Positions 1 through 13,520 are shown, counted from the whole stretch's first letter. The stretch is DNA of 62,022 nucleotides, filler included, from Sphacelaria rigidula (GCA_964200075.2; 11 parts of 11 records of this genome joined end to end with filler, not necessarily neighbours in it), one strand, 5' to 3'. Made by a program: numbers and translations. Notes: generated by a model not told the origin, from the sequence alone.

Positions 1-82
1 TTTAATACCCGGTTTCTGTTGGCAACAACCGACCGAAAAACCGACCGAAAACCGATTTTTCGGTTTTCGGTTCACAACACTG
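1..82. mobile_element. Probable hAT-type DNA transposon terminus (single end)
   Basis: Clustered AACCG/CGGTT subterminal motifs end in GGTTCACAACACTG (reverse complement CAGTGTTGTGAACC, a hAT-like TIR start). The other end is not in the contig. Confidence 0.5.
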
Positions 83-1286
83 ATTCTCGGGTATCTGCAA
101 AGTGAAATAAAGTGTAACGGTCACGTGGAGACGGTAATTCCGCCGCATCTGGACTCAGCTGACCCGCGGAGACGTGACATCGCTCACGCAGCACTTGATT
201 CACACACCCCTCACGGAGGGAGACGACATCATTGCTTCTACAACGACTTCTAGAGATCATGGCTTCAACCGTTGCACCATCGCGTGGTTCTACGCCGGCA
301 GCAGAATCCCCGCCCATCAACGCAAGAGGCTTCAAAGTCGTCAGTTTCATGCGGCACTCAATCGCGGTATGTACAGTACCAGGAAGTGTCTGCACTCCGT
401 TTTGTTTTGTGATGTAGACGCAGTTATATCAGCTTTTCGACCTCCAGTTCCTCGAGATGGAAAAATCTTGTATGCGATATGAGCCTCTTGAGAGATTGTT
501 CCTGACGAGAGCTGTTCGATAATGAAAGGTTCGGCATCATGAGCTCGGTGAAAACTGTCATTACAGGGGGGTGTTAAGCCCATTTTCATCGACACATTTT
601 TTTTCGGAGATTTCCGATATTTTCAGGGCTGGCAGGGTACCTGATGACTCTCGAACGCTTGCGAGGACCACGGCGTACACACACGGTAGCTCTCCCAAGT
701 GCAGCGATGCAGTCCGATTTTTCGCACTTCTCCAAAATGGAAGCTACGGAGAAAAAATGAAAAATGAAGCCGCTTCGTCTTCGGAAAAGTCTGAACGCGG
801 AGTCCGAAACTGCGAAAATCTTGGACACGTCTGAAAATATATTGTCGATACAGTGTTGAGCCTAGAAGAAAAAAAAATCTACTTCAATACACACCCAAAA
901 TGGTCGTTGAACAGGATTTGAGGTAGGACCAGCTGCGAAGGGCACGCAGTTCACACTTCACACGAGGCGCGTGCCCCAGATAAAGGTTCACCGGTCCAAC
1001 TGGGGGCATCATTGGGAATTTGTGTTCAAGGCGGGGCCGTGGATGCTATTTTGTCGCTCCAAAAATGTCAGTTCATCGCGTTCGGTGGTATCGATGCTGT
1101 TGCTCTATATTGGTTCCTTACGGCCGATGGTATGCCGATGGTGGCGGCCACGCTGTACGATCAGCACCCCCCACGGAGACCAAACAGGACGGGGATAAGA
1201 TATGAAAAATGTTCTTGTGTAACGTATGGAAGAAACGTAATGGGCACCGAGATGTTTGAGGTGTCTCTATTCGGAGTAGGAGCGGT

Positions 1287-1355
1287 GCCTCGTCTCGAAA
1301 GGAATGCGTGGTCAATGGTCAAACGACTACTGTGAAGAAGGGAACAAATGAGTAC
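1287..1355 (+). mobile_element. Degenerate copy of the poly(C)-tailed mini-element, family A
   Basis: GCCTCGTCTCGAAAGGAATGCGTGGTCAATGGTCAAACGACTAC...AACAAATGAGTAC matches the family A consensus with substitutions and indels; the C-tail is eroded. Confidence 0.75.
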
Positions 1356-2794
1356 TGTACGCCCGCCACGGTGCGCACGGGGTAGCACATAATGTATACT
1401 TTACACATGAAAAAGAATAGTCTCAATTGCTGCCCCTCGCAAAATAAGCGACATGATTGTCTGCAAGCATACATGGTGGCATAGTTGGACTGCATGGAAA
1501 TTGAAAACTGCACTCCGGTCTTCATCAGATACAGTATGAAAAACGGTGATGCACGACATGGTTACTGACTGCCGTGTGATACTCTGTACGGCAAGTGTAC
1601 GGTACTGTATTGTACAGCAACCCATGCTGTATTTCGCGAACGCCCAGAGCTGCCGTTTGCGGTGATTTTACAACAACTTTGACTGTGCAAATTTTTACCC
1701 TGTCTCCGCGATCAGACATGAAAGTTGGCACACTGGTTCGACATAACACAAGAAGCAAGTGTGCCAAGTGGCGCTGCGTCCCGAGCTAATCGCAAAAACA
1801 GAACTGTGATTGCCGAATTGCTGGTGAAGCGATCGAAACGCGGTCAAACAACACGCGTCGCGGACGAAATCTCGTTCACCTTAAGTTGAAGGTTATGATC
1901 ACATAGTGCTGCAAGAGTGTCCACATTATATGCAGTAGAGCATCTCCTACGCTGGCGAACAATATCGATCTGTACTGGGGTACTCTCTGGATGATGGCTT
2001 TGTACCGAAGTCTCCATCAGAGTATCGCCTGTACAGGTCCTGCTTCTACTCGGTACCACCGTACGCGGAACTGTGGACACTGGAACTTTGCACGCGTATG
2101 TCTTTTGAAGCTCAGTCAACAACCTCATGCCCATGTATATCGAGTTACGTGCTACAGCAGCGCGCGACAGGGCCAAAACAGATCAGACTTTGTTTCGGAA
2201 AGAAAAAAAAGCATCCTTCGCCAAATCTTTTTCCTTCCCCAGTTTTGGAGTTACGACATGAAAAGGCACACAAATGTTGTGTTGGTGCGGATGGCAGGAT
2301 CGACAGGACTAGGTAAAGGCCTTCCTGTAGTTTTGCCTCCGGGGCCGAGATCATCCGGTATGTGGTGATTTCGTGTACGTGCGTGTACCTACTGGTGCTC
2401 ATCTCTACTGAGGCGACTTCCAACAGGAATGACCGAAAAAATCATTTGGATGCTTGAGTTTTGGGGACTGTGACACCGATTTCAGCCCGGAATCAAAGAA
2501 TATCATCACCAACAACGGCGCCCCGCCAGTACTCTTGCATGTGGGGAGGGATCTTGCCGAGTATGGCACAACGAGAGGTATCTGCGATCGCGTCTCGGAT
2601 GGCAGAACGCACAAAGACTTCCGTGCTTGTACAAAAATACCGATATCTGGTGTTGGTGCTTTCGAAGAAACGTATATCGGCAATTCGTTGGCTGTAGTGG
2701 TGTTGCTGTACAGGCGCAAGACGCCTCATTTTGGATTTTGTGCCATAAACATGTTTTTTTCTGTCTCCTCTTCAAATTGACGAAGGCAAAAAAC

Positions 2795-4154
2795 TAGGGC
2801 TGTGAACTGGACCAGTTTGTACTGGCAGTTAAACTGGAACTGGAGTTTAACTGGAACTGGTGATGAGGACTCCAGTTTATCCAGTTTATTTAAAGTTTGC
2901 CGTTATCGGGTATGTTTATACCGTTTATAGTATCGTGATATTATAACAAAGATGCTAACATGATGACGAACGAGATGACAGTAGGATTGGGGTTTGCACC
3001 TTACAACAGTACAGGTACAGACAGTACAGTACAGTACTCGTGGTCACTACATCTCGAAGTGATACTGCGGATATATGCCAGGTTTGTCGTTTCATAGGAC
3101 GACATCTGGGATAAAAAGTAGAAAATAAACGTTGATCCACGACCACAAAATACAAAGTCCACAATAGCTTATAATTCAACTGCATGCGTGCTTGTGGGTA
3201 CCGACGTCAATCATTTTGCGCTCTTATCCCCGCGTGCTGCCAGCCTTGGCTTGTTTGCATCCTCCTCTGCTAACGGAGAGTCTGCTGCTACATAATACAG
3301 GTGAACGGTTTTCGAATCGCTCACCGCTTTGAATGGGATTTGAATGTCATCCGAGAGTTCCCAAAAAACAATCCGAGACCCTATGCCCCTTTTTGGAATA
3401 ATGATCTTTTTCGGGGGTGGGTGGGGGAGGGCTGGGGCTACTAAATCCCACACACAAAAAATTAAGAAATAAAAAACAAAGAAATAAACCAAAGAGTATA
3501 TACAAAACTAAAATTCGTGTTAATAAAGCTTTAATTCTTCGCATACCGTCGGAGCCAAGATAGGCCAAGTTATATTTACGGGTTTCGGCAATGTATTGCA
3601 CATCACACTTTCACAAGAACAAGACCAGACAAATACCACAATACTCTGCAATGCTTGCTCAATCAAGCTGAACGCATTTACTGCACCGTCAGATGCGTCT
3701 AATGTGCGTCGTATCTTGTAGTGGCAGATAGAGCCAACAATCACGGGCGCTATCTCACCCAAGTCGCCCCCAAATGGCTGTTTATTGAGTGTTTCTTAAT
3801 GTGAAGAAAAAAACAAAATCCTACGACCGCTGGAGGGGGGAGGGGGGGATACATAGGGTCTCGGAGGTTTCTTTTTTGCACTCCTGTGTTATCCAAGACT
3901 TTTAGCTGCTCAATGTGAGGGGTCACATTTTCTACAATTTTTCACATGTTCTAAAGAAAAACAAGCCAATTGACGCATTTTTTTTCGCGGCGCTCCCGCG
4001 GGGCCCCCTCACCAGCCGGGAGGGGGGGGGGGCATTGGCGGCTCGCGGCCTCCGATTGTTTTCCAAGCCGATTTACTGGAAAACAACCGATGTACTGGCT
4101 GCGCCAGCGGCCAGTTTAGACTTAACTGGCCGGCGCAGCCAGTTCACAGCCCTA
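2795..4154. mobile_element. Non-autonomous hAT-like element (MITE), 1360 bp
   Basis: Perfect 16-bp TIRs TAGGGCTGTGAACTGG (2795-2810) and CCAGTTCACAGCCCTA (4139-4154); ACTGG/CCAGT subterminal repeats at both ends; 8-bp flanks CAAAAAAC and AAAAAAAT (6/8, eroded TSD). Confidence 0.8.
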
Positions 4155-5491
4155 AAAAAAATCCGGTCATAATCGGTTGTACTTTTTATTTAAAATTCGT
4201 CTCGTAGAGATGTTCTTATCGCAGGTGTCACGTCATTCGTGTACTTGTTTCGGGTGTACATTATTTTGACCAGGCTTTCATTCGCGTTTAAAAGGCAGCG
4301 CAACACAGTGCAGAGCCAGTGCTGGATACCGGCCGCGTACTCAAGCTAAGCCAAGTCAGCTCTGGCGTGCCGATCTTTGTGAGGTTGTTCAACTCCGGTC
4401 GCCTTGCGTAATTCACGGCAAACATGAAATCCAAAATCCATGCATTTCTCATGCTCTGTAGATCACTTGCATATATTTGTTGACCCAATAGACGCCCTCG
4501 CGCAGGAGATGCCTGCGCTTGATGTCCGTACAGTAGTATCCACAACTGGACCGCCTAGGCGCAGGCAGTACCAAAATGAGAAGAGTCAAGCGACATTTTG
4601 AGCCAATGTTATTCGACTTCTCGGACTTCAACCAAGGTGTTCAGTTGGCGAGATTCATGTAAACTTGTCAAACCTCGTGCAACAGGGTAGAACGCTCATG
4701 ATCTCAAGGTTATGCACGTCGCTTTGTAGACGTAGGAAGCGATTTATCACGAGAGTAGCAGTATCTCGCAACGCCATAGAGCTGGTCCCCGCGGGGGGGC
4801 TGATGAACACCAAAGCAGGGACACAATCTGTCTTTCCCTATCTCGCGCCACCTATTTTTTTCTCTAAAGGGTCGGTTCTAATCATTTTCACAGTCGGCCA
4901 TACTCGCTGCGTGCTCTGTTTGACCCTGAAGAAATGAGGATCAAGCGTGTAGCGTCCGGGTCAAAAAGCCGCGATATTCGTCATTATTGTACGAAAATAC
5001 AGAGGCGTTGAAATCGGCATTTATAATAAAAATGGCCAGTACAACACGGGATAATCCGGGGACCCCCCTCCCCCCCCTCCCCCCCACGCACTTTCTGGTA
5101 TGTTTTCAACGCGTAAATCCACGAAATTATTCTTGTATTATGTACTTTAGGGTGAGGAGGCGGTATTTCGAGAAAATGAAAAGAGGTGCTAACCGTACTG
5201 GCTGTATGGTACTGTATTGTCTGTACTGTGATTCGACTCGGGGTTAGAACTCGACAGCTACGCGACAAAGACCATCGCTTGATCAAGCTTGACGTTGCTG
5301 GAAAGGCTCACTGTTCTCTGATAGTCTTCGAACGCTGGTGTGGGAGCTACGCCTTGTTGGGCTGTGTCATGCTGGGTCGGAGCAACAAATATTGTATCGA
5401 AATATATCGACGGTACATCCAAAATGGGGGTGTTGGCTCTGCGTGCGGCGCTCCCTAAAATCCCCTAGGAGGGGGGGGGGAAGGGGGGGTC

Positions 5492-5548
5492 GTACTCATT
5501 TGTTGCTTGCCTTAGTCGTTCGACCATTGACCACGCATCCCTTTCGAG
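5492..5548 (-). mobile_element. Mini-element family A copy, cut by contig end
   Basis: G-run followed by GTACTCATTTGTTGCTTGCCTTAGTCGTTCGACCATTGACCACGCATCCCTTTCGAG. Confidence 0.85.
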
Positions 5549-5648
5549 NNNNNNNNNNNNNNNNNNNNNNNNNNNNNNNNNNNNNNNNNNNNTTAATTAA
5601 TTAANNNNNNNNNNNNNNNNNNNNNNNNNNNNNNNNNNNNNNNNNNNN
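5549..5648. other. Artificial contig spacer (N44-TTAATTAATTAA-N44). Same spacer at 11197-11296, 16845-16944, 22493-22592, 28141-28240, 33788-33887, 39435-39534, 45082-45181, 50729-50828, 56376-56475
   Basis: Ten 100-nt N blocks, each containing the six-frame stop linker, separate segments of exactly 5548 bp (first five) or 5547 bp (last six). Confidence 0.98.
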
Positions 5649-6099
5649 ATAGGATGATCGGAAGGGTTTGAATGCGCAAACCCTCAAACGTCCATAAGTG
5701 CCCAGACTTATGTCTCAGGAACGGGGTCCGCCAGTGACATACATGAGCGGACTCGAAACGACCTGTAAAACTGGATCTACGGCAACCTAGGCAACGGGAT
5801 CTCCGGTAGAAAGAGCTTGAAATAACAGAGCCACCGCGTGAACTCTGTTTAATAGTCCGCGGTACCGCCGTACCGACTCGGTCAGTTGTTCTTCTTGCCT
5901 ATCATCGGCGGCCACGACCAAATCCTTGCCGTAACGACAAGAGAGAGAATTACGCCTCGATTTGGATATCCTTCGGCAGCAGGGCACGACAACGTTTCTT
6001 CTTCGGAATCCGTAACTCTCCTGCCTCCACTCTAGCGAAGCCTAGTTCACATTTAGCAGAGATCTAGGGCACGGAAGCTGAATACATCTTGTGTGAAGG

Positions 6100-8259
6100 G
6101 ATGTAGTTGATCAAAGCTAAAAGCCGCCAGGGCTACCGCATCAGCGGCAGCAGTTCAGCTGGACGATACAGCTTCGTTGGATGTACGTGTGCAGGATTGA
6201 GCTTTGCTCCAGGAAGTGATAGCGCTGTGGTTCGACCTTGATCGCCACCGCTTCCACTCACACAAATCTACCCACCTTTCCTCCAGGTCTCTGCGTGCAA
6301 AAGGTACTGTTTGATCCTGTTTTGACCGAAAAGCGCTACCGAGAACCATCCGACTTTTCTTTTTCTTCGCGGCACGTCGCAAGTGAGATTCACAGCCAGG
6401 GTGCAACCTCTGCCAGCCTATCCAGTGAAACAGCTCTACACGAGCCTATGCTCCTAACTGAAATGTTGGTGGCATCACTATCGAAGTTTTCGAATCAACC
6501 CTTGAAAGTTTTGGGGAAATGTCACTACTGCGGCGAATGAGGCCATCAAATGCGTGACTGTTCGCACAGAACGTAGTCCAGTAGTAGGAGGAAAGCTGTG
6601 AAATGATGCAGCTTCCATCACGCAGACAAACAGGACGACTGCGAGTGCAGAGATGAGCCGAGCAACGGGAACATGAGCAGCAACACCGCAAACAACAATA
6701 ACTGTCTCTGTTGCAGCAACCCCCGGCATCGCAACTACAACCGCAACAACAGCAACAACAACAGCATCAGCAACGGCAACAACAACAACGGCAACGGCAA
6801 CAACAACAAGATCAGCAACAACAACTTCGACGAACATCAACGCCAAGCTAGCACTGCCACCACCGATCCAGCACCTACGGCCGTACCATCGAACAACCAT
6901 GGTCAAGAGATTTCAACGCCTTCAGCTTCAACAGTGACCGATACATGTCCACCACCACCACCAAACAGCATGAGATTTACCTTCCTTTCCGGTTTCAGAT
7001 GTCACGGACAGCCGTTGTACACTCGAGAAAACCCCCTCTGAGTCGGTGGTGAATAGTGGGTGAAGTGGGCATTTCATCGACAACCACTTGTTGCCTACCA
7101 TCGAACAAGAAATGGTCGAGCATGTGAAGTTTATTCCTCTCATAAGCATCCTTGCCGCTAGAGGTTATCTACTATATGGTGCGACAAGAGGCGATATCGA
7201 CACCATCGTCACTAATTCTGAGGGGAACCAGCGCTCTGTTCGGCTTCCTGCCGTGATTGTCCAAGGTCTGGGGGAACATTCATTGTTGCCTGTAGAAGCA
7301 CTGACGAAGGGTGCTTCAAGTATTTTTTCCGTTGACTCCCACGTAGACGTTGGGGCCTTCAAAGTGCCAATCAGCAGTGATTGCAACGGAGCGCTCAACT
7401 ATATTAGTATGAAGATTTTCAGAAATCGGACATCCTCAGCAACAGCTCGGCAGCAACAGCAACGGTTGTGTCAGGGGAACTTATGGGCATCGGTAGAAAC
7501 ACTTCAAGACATGACTGAAGATTCGACAGCTTTTTCTAGCACGGTGGGAGCAGACGTCTGGCATGAGCGACTCAATGTCCCATTGAACAGGTCATGCCCC
7601 GTCTTATATTGCCGGGTCAGGTACAAATTTTGAAGGTCTGCGGTTACCTTGTGAAACCTGCAAGATTAACAAGAGTGCACAGCAGAATCATCCGAGGACT
7701 GTGGGCTCCACCAAGACTTCAGGGCGACTGAAACTGGTCAGCACTGACCTGCCAGGCCCTTTATCACCCACTACATTGTGAGGCTACCGTCATAAGGCAA
7801 AGTTTACGGATTACTACGCCCGATTCAAGGTAGTCGACCTCATCAAAAATAAGAAACGCAACGTTAACTACGCTCTTCCGGTTCATCCAAGATTTAGCTA
7901 TTCCTCTTAGACTCCGCGCACATCGTCTACGGTCAGACCGTGGGGGTGACTAGATGGCGGACTACTTAATAAGATACTGCAAAACAACGGGCGTTCTCCA
8001 AGAACTTACACTTCCCTATACACCTCAACAAAATGATATTTCCGAGCGTTACGGCTGAACTATTCTGAACATCAAACAAACGCTGTCTTCTCAATGAAGC
8101 AAGCCCACCGAATATTAGTTGGAGCGAAATTCCGGCAACTACGGTCTTTTTTATGAACCGCCTACCGCACTCAAGCATCAACGGAGAAACTTCAGTATAA
8201 TCCCCCCAATCGGGATGTGGAAGACTGTTGTCCTTATTATGCAGACATTGGGAGGAATC
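6100..8259 (+). mobile_element. Decayed Ty1/Copia retrotransposon (gag knuckle, protease, GAG-pre-integrase, integrase), with stops and frameshifts
   Basis: KCHYCGE*GHQMRDC CCHC knuckle (~6517-6560); N-rich linker; VVNSG*SGHF protease-like site (~7045); DVWHERL (~7553); LVSTDLPGP, RLRSDRGG, PQQN and FMNRLP integrase motifs (7730-8170) in Copia order. Left boundary approximate. Confidence 0.85.
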
Positions 8260-8521
8260 TGTGACGCCAGCCAGTGGAAGGAAGCACTGCTGGATCACTG
8301 CTGTTGAGGGATTCCCCAGTCTTACTGGCCTCAGTTCCAGTTGCCATCCTTTACAACATTCTCATTATTCAGGAGTGCCCTTTCAGGGCACCAGCTTTCT
8401 AGACCTGCAGATACCATCTCCGTGTTCTTGATCATTATCCAGAACCCTCCAGAATATCCTTGCCTCTGGTCGTTATCCATATCATCACTACCAACTCAAC
8501 GCACGGCGTATTTTCGTCACA
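8260..8521 (-). repeat. 3' LTR (262 bp) of the minus-strand Gypsy element
   Basis: Bounded by the TGTGACG...CGTCACA inverted termini; preceded on the minus strand by a short purine tract (AGGGG); clearly homologous to the LTR at 13521-13747. Confidence 0.85.
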
Positions 8522-8595
8522 GCACCCCTAAAACGCGTTAGACGAAAATCGATCAACAAGCTCGAAACATACAAAACGCCAAAACGATGAGTAAG

Positions 8596-11060
8596 TCACA
8601 ATTGAATACCAAACTCACTCGTAATGCGAGCAGCAACGGCACGAGTCACGCGCAATTTACGCAACTCCTTCGTGAGAAATTCCGGAGCTGCCTCAAAAAT
8701 ATTATTGAAAGGCTCCCACGCACGCTCCTCAACTTCGAAACCAACCCAGTCGACCAACATGATCAACGAACGATCATCTGCTTCTGCCACTCGGACAATA
8801 TCAGTCATCTGAAATTGCCCCTGATTGAAAGCGCGCTGGAACACGTCCTTAACGTCAGCCGTAACATTAAGCTCGGAGTCTGCATAAAACCGCAAGCTGC
8901 ATGGGCGGTCTGAATACCACCCGAAACAATGATCTGGATCTCAAACACGTGCGGCTGGTAAGCTCCAACCACTCTTCACGGACCAGTTCACGTCGCCATC
9001 AACTTGGGCGTAACACCCGGACGACGCACGCGTGTATACAAGACATAGTTGGCTACCTCAACATTCGGCAGTTCCAACCCCGACGAGGACCCCTCACGTC
9101 TACGCGCACGTTCAGCGGCAACACATTCCTGCACTTGAACGTGGAAAGGTTCTTACAAATCCAAGACTCCTTGCAATACACTCTTAATTTGAATATCGCC
9201 CAAAACATTACACTTCCATTCCCCCGCCGACAAAGACGCCGGCGCCGAGAAAGACGTCCGAGGGGCACGACCAAACATCACGTGGTACGGCGTACTATCG
9301 TAACGACGACGATACGTCGTACTAAGTGCCCATTGCACCGCCGGCAGCACGTCCACCCACTCGGAACCCGCTCTACGCTGCTCGAGAAGAATACAGCGAA
9401 GAGCACAAACTACTTCCTTCACCATGCGTTCGCACGTGCCGTTAGACCACGGAGAATACGCTGCCGCAAACTGGTGATCAACGCGCAAAGTCTCTCGCAA
9501 TCGGGCCAAGATCGCATTTTCGAAATGCGTGGCGGTAACACTCACCCACAAACGCAGCACCCCCAAAGGTTTGCACCAATTCAGCAAAGATGCAGTGATC
9601 GATTCAGCAGCAAAACACACTTCTACTGGTTCCAGAGCCACAAAGTTGATCAAATCATCCATAATTACCTAAATGTATCGAAACCCAGCATCCTCCCACA
9701 AACCTTGGGAAGCTAGCGGGCTACTCTCGCCCACGTACAAGAAGTCAAGATGAACGACCTCATTCGGCGTGGTCCCATGGACCGTTCCGCTGAGCGGGCG
9801 GGTAACAACATCGTCCGCCCTCGAGTCAGCACAGTGAAGACACTGGCGGACAAATTTGCGCACATGAGTTTCTATCCCCTGCTAGACACAAACCTCTTGC
9901 AAGCGCACTAGCGTCGCAGCGACACCACGATGCCCGGCGTCGCGCATGTGCGCGCAAATCATCAGACGTACCTGCAACTGCTTGTCAGAACTCGGAATGC
10001 ACAAAACGTTTCGGCCACGCACATGCACACGAAACAGACCTCCATTGTCCCAGACAGCAGTACCAACGTCCGACTCGAAAGATCGCACATCCGCATCTTC
10101 GGTCCCAAGGTATTTTCGTTGCGCTTGGGGGACGAGAGATTTGGACGGCATCGAGTCATCAGGTTCACACGGACCACACACAGCCACAGCGCGCGCAGGC
10201 AAAGCCGGAGTATTCACCCAACGCGAAAGCAAGTCACCCCCACACGTTACGGTCACCCGAAATATGGCAAATCGAGTAATGGTACTGGCCAAGAACAGCT
10301 TTCCAACCTCCCAAACGTTGTTTCAATGCTTTAGACACAGACGCAACGCACGCTTCCAGGTTGAAAATATACCCGAGATTTCGGTGATCCGTGAAAATGT
10401 GCACGCCATCCCACAAAAGATTCTCCAAACGACGAAAAGTGCTTACAACAGCAAAACCTTCCTTATCAATTGTGGCCCCACGCAGCTGCGAATGCTTGAA
10501 ATTACCACTGAGGAAAGCCAGCGGTTCATGCGTCATGTCCTCAACTGGCAGGTGTCTTAGCATTCCCGCTTTAGGCACCTGCGTAATGAAACTAACCCAA
10601 TGACACTCAGATGCATCCGGAAACATTAGCACCTGACGATCAGGACGAGGATGGAACAGCGTCACGACGTGAGCCACCAGATCCTTCGCTGCCGCCCACG
10701 CTTGCAACCTACCCTCCGTTCACGATGCAGGCGGAATGGCGCGGTTTTTTGCAACACGCTTCGTCCGTTTCGCAGCACTCGCCATGAGTTCTTCGAGGAA
10801 AAAACACAAGGGAGCTACGGTTTCTGCCATACGTGGCAACGAGGTACGCAGCCAATTCACTGCCTGTAGGAATTGCATGAGTTCTGCGGCCGTCTCCGGG
10901 CGCCGCATGTCAGACAAGCCTTGAAATTTGACAGGGTCATGAGATACGCGTCCGTGTCAGTACACTTTCCCACACCATACGAGTTCACTTGCGAAGAAAG
11001 TGCATTTATGCGCCGCCGCAAACAAACCAACATTCTCTGAACGGGCCAAGACAGCATCAA
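8596..11060 (-). pseudogene. pol: Ty3/Gypsy chromovirus pol, 3' half (RT C-terminus, RNase H, integrase, chromodomain), frameshifted
   Basis: GLFAAAHKCTFF (RT); FLQAVNWLR; FPDASE, DKEGFAVV and IFTDHRNL (RNase H); H-GH-C-C zinc motif, VHLDFL and SPWSNGTCERM (integrase); LVDWVGFEVEERAWEP (chromodomain, ORF 8596-8895). Confidence 0.92.
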
Positions 11061-11947
11061 GCATGTTTAAAATTTCGTCTTCCGTATCCGCGAAAAAAAT
11101 ACATATCCCACCCATATCTTGCATTTAACAGAGGATTCTACAAAATGAGGTTCATCAATGAAATGAGGTTCGAGCCCAAAACAGTATTTTCTCCACNNNN
11201 NNNNNNNNNNNNNNNNNNNNNNNNNNNNNNNNNNNNNNNNTTAATTAATTAANNNNNNNNNNNNNNNNNNNNNNNNNNNNNNNNNNNNNNNNNNNNATAT
11301 AGAGTTTTTCCCGCCAGGTGCCTTAAGCGTATCTTAATTGGTACATTTCCCTCTAGAACTTTTTGCCACGGTTGGGTACATGTTCCATATATAATGCAGG
11401 GGCAACATCTGGGCGAACTGCAGGTGAGGCAATCGCTGAAGTATTCACCTGCAAGCTCTGCTCCAGTGCACTGTAAGTTGATATCGCGAAAAGGACACTA
11501 CCATAACCACCTTGCCGGCTTCCAGACTGTCACAGACTGTCAGGACGTATAATCCACTAGCATTGCTACTGTCTGTACGGAGGTGTTGCCCCCTTGTCAG
11601 GTACGTTTTGGAGCATGATACTCGATGTAGATCATCATTGTACATGGGCACCAAACTCTGGAGGTTCTTACTCAAGATTTCGATTTGGAGGATGATACTA
11701 GGTGGGCAGCGGCAACTGCTGTTTGTCCAGGTCCCCCTGGGAGCAGGATGCGTTTGGTGTCCGTTTGACGAAGTTACCCCCAAAGAAACGAAATCGATCG
11801 GGGCTTTAGAGTGGAAAAATCTAGCAAAAAAACTATCGCAAGAATCAGGTCGCAAGAATCCTGACGCAAAAACGGAGTCGTAAAAAAAGAGTTAGTCGAA
11901 TTTCACCTGCAGCAGAAGCCAACTTCACTTCGTGAAATTGGAACTAG

Positions 11948-12008
<61 letters not shown>

Positions 12009-12034
12009 CCTGCTGCTGCTTCTGCTGCTGCTGC
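11948..12034. repeat. (TTG)n/(CTG)n microsatellite
   Basis: Directly visible tandem trinucleotides. Confidence 0.95.
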
Positions 12035-12718
12035 TTCTCTGCGCAGTATCTCTCACCTGCCGCATTGGGCATCTGATGCAGGTACTTTCCGTAGTCACAG
12101 GCTATCTACCCAAAATAAGGTATAAGGAAATCAAAGGGAAAACTAAATAAGACCCAAAAAAATCAACACAGACGCGATGCAGTGCACGTCTAGGAAAATA
12201 TACGTCCCGCCCGAGTACACCGACACCGCGCTCATCACCTCCTGTAAACACACATACCACGCCCGGTGTAAAAACATGAAGATCAAACCCTCCCTACACT
12301 ACTTCACCATTCAACATCACTCAAACCACAAGTCCTTAATGTTTTCTCACCATCTTTGTCAAGGTTGGAAAATAACGAAAATAAGCACGATTCTCACCCT
12401 CGAGGCCATGAGGACAAGAAGAGCCCTTGGTTGCCTCTTTTGAGGGGGTGGTAAACAACATCATGTTCCTCCGCTAGGAGATCGCCCCCTCTCCCAAGAT
12501 TGTACAATGAAACATCCCAGCAACTAGATAACAGTAACACTTCTAGCATAGGCTTCCACACGATCACGGCCAACGGGAACTCGATAGATACTGTAGCACC
12601 TCAGCCGAGCAGCCACCTAGCCGACAAAACGTCCTAGCTGCAGCACGGTAGGCCACACACGTCTGCACGCTCCAGCTTCGCCCTACACGTGAAAAAAACA
12701 GACCCAGCACCCTTTACC

Positions 12719-12904
12719 CTATCCTAGCTCCTGTCGGTCCAAGAAAGATTTAGCCAATCGCAACGTTTCCACGGGGTTGTCGGCGTGCACCCAGTGACCT
12801 GCTCCCTTGATGGTGCTCAACACGAAGGAGGGGAACAGCTTGCCTATTTCGCCCAAGTGCTGGGATCGAATGTACCTCGAATTTCCCCCGGCGACGAACA
12901 GCGC
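12719..12904 (-). CDS. Terminal exon of an alpha/beta-hydrolase (ABHD11/YbfF-like esterase)
   Basis: Pyrimidine tract and CAG acceptor, then ALFVAGGNSRYIRSQHLGEIGKLFPSFVLSTIKGAGHWVHADNPVETLRLAKSFLDRQELG*. GAGHWVHADNP is the catalytic-His motif of this family. This frame is not in the ORF track. Confidence 0.85.
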   Translation of the reverse strand, partial: ALFVAGGNSRYIRSQHLGEIGKLFPSFVLSTIKGAGHWVHADNPVETLRLAKSFLDRQELG

Positions 12905-13520
12905 CTGGACATGTCAAACGGAGAGCAAGAGTAAAAGAAACAATCATACATGTTTTTGAGTATCGACGTATCATACGAATTTGCAGTAAGCCGGCCACGC
13001 AAAGATTTGGACTAGAAATGCTTCGAGCATCCTCTCAAGATGTTGGCACCAACATGACCGCATGATGGGGACTAGGGATACGTGAAGGTCAACACATAGC
13101 TGTACACATTCTCAAGAGTAAACGATGTTTCCACGCAGTGCGTGAGGGTATAGCAAAAACTATGAAGAAAGGTGACTACAGTTGTGCTCGAGTCTACGGG
13201 AGAGTCTAGGCTCGCAGATGCACCATGGATAGCGCACATCACAGTTTCATCGTAGCACGGAGGTGCGTTACTTCGTCCAAAGGCTCCGAAAGCCCGCCTC
13301 CAGTCTCTGCGCTTTTACCAAATGCGACACCCTCACCAACGCATGAGCACGGCGAGTATCCGACGCCCGCGTGAGCAGACGACGATGCTGGCGAGGGCAC
13401 CGTCAGCATGTGCACCGCCGGAGGCGTGGGGGGCTGGCACGGACGCGCACGCTTCAGGAAATCCATCAGCGACGGAAAGCCACGGTGGTCACGATGCAGC
13501 GACGGCTATTGGCGGAGACC

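Noticed and set aside
1840..2730. Minus-strand ORF fragments that might be a decayed gene or transposase
   Set aside because: No motif I can assign with confidence.
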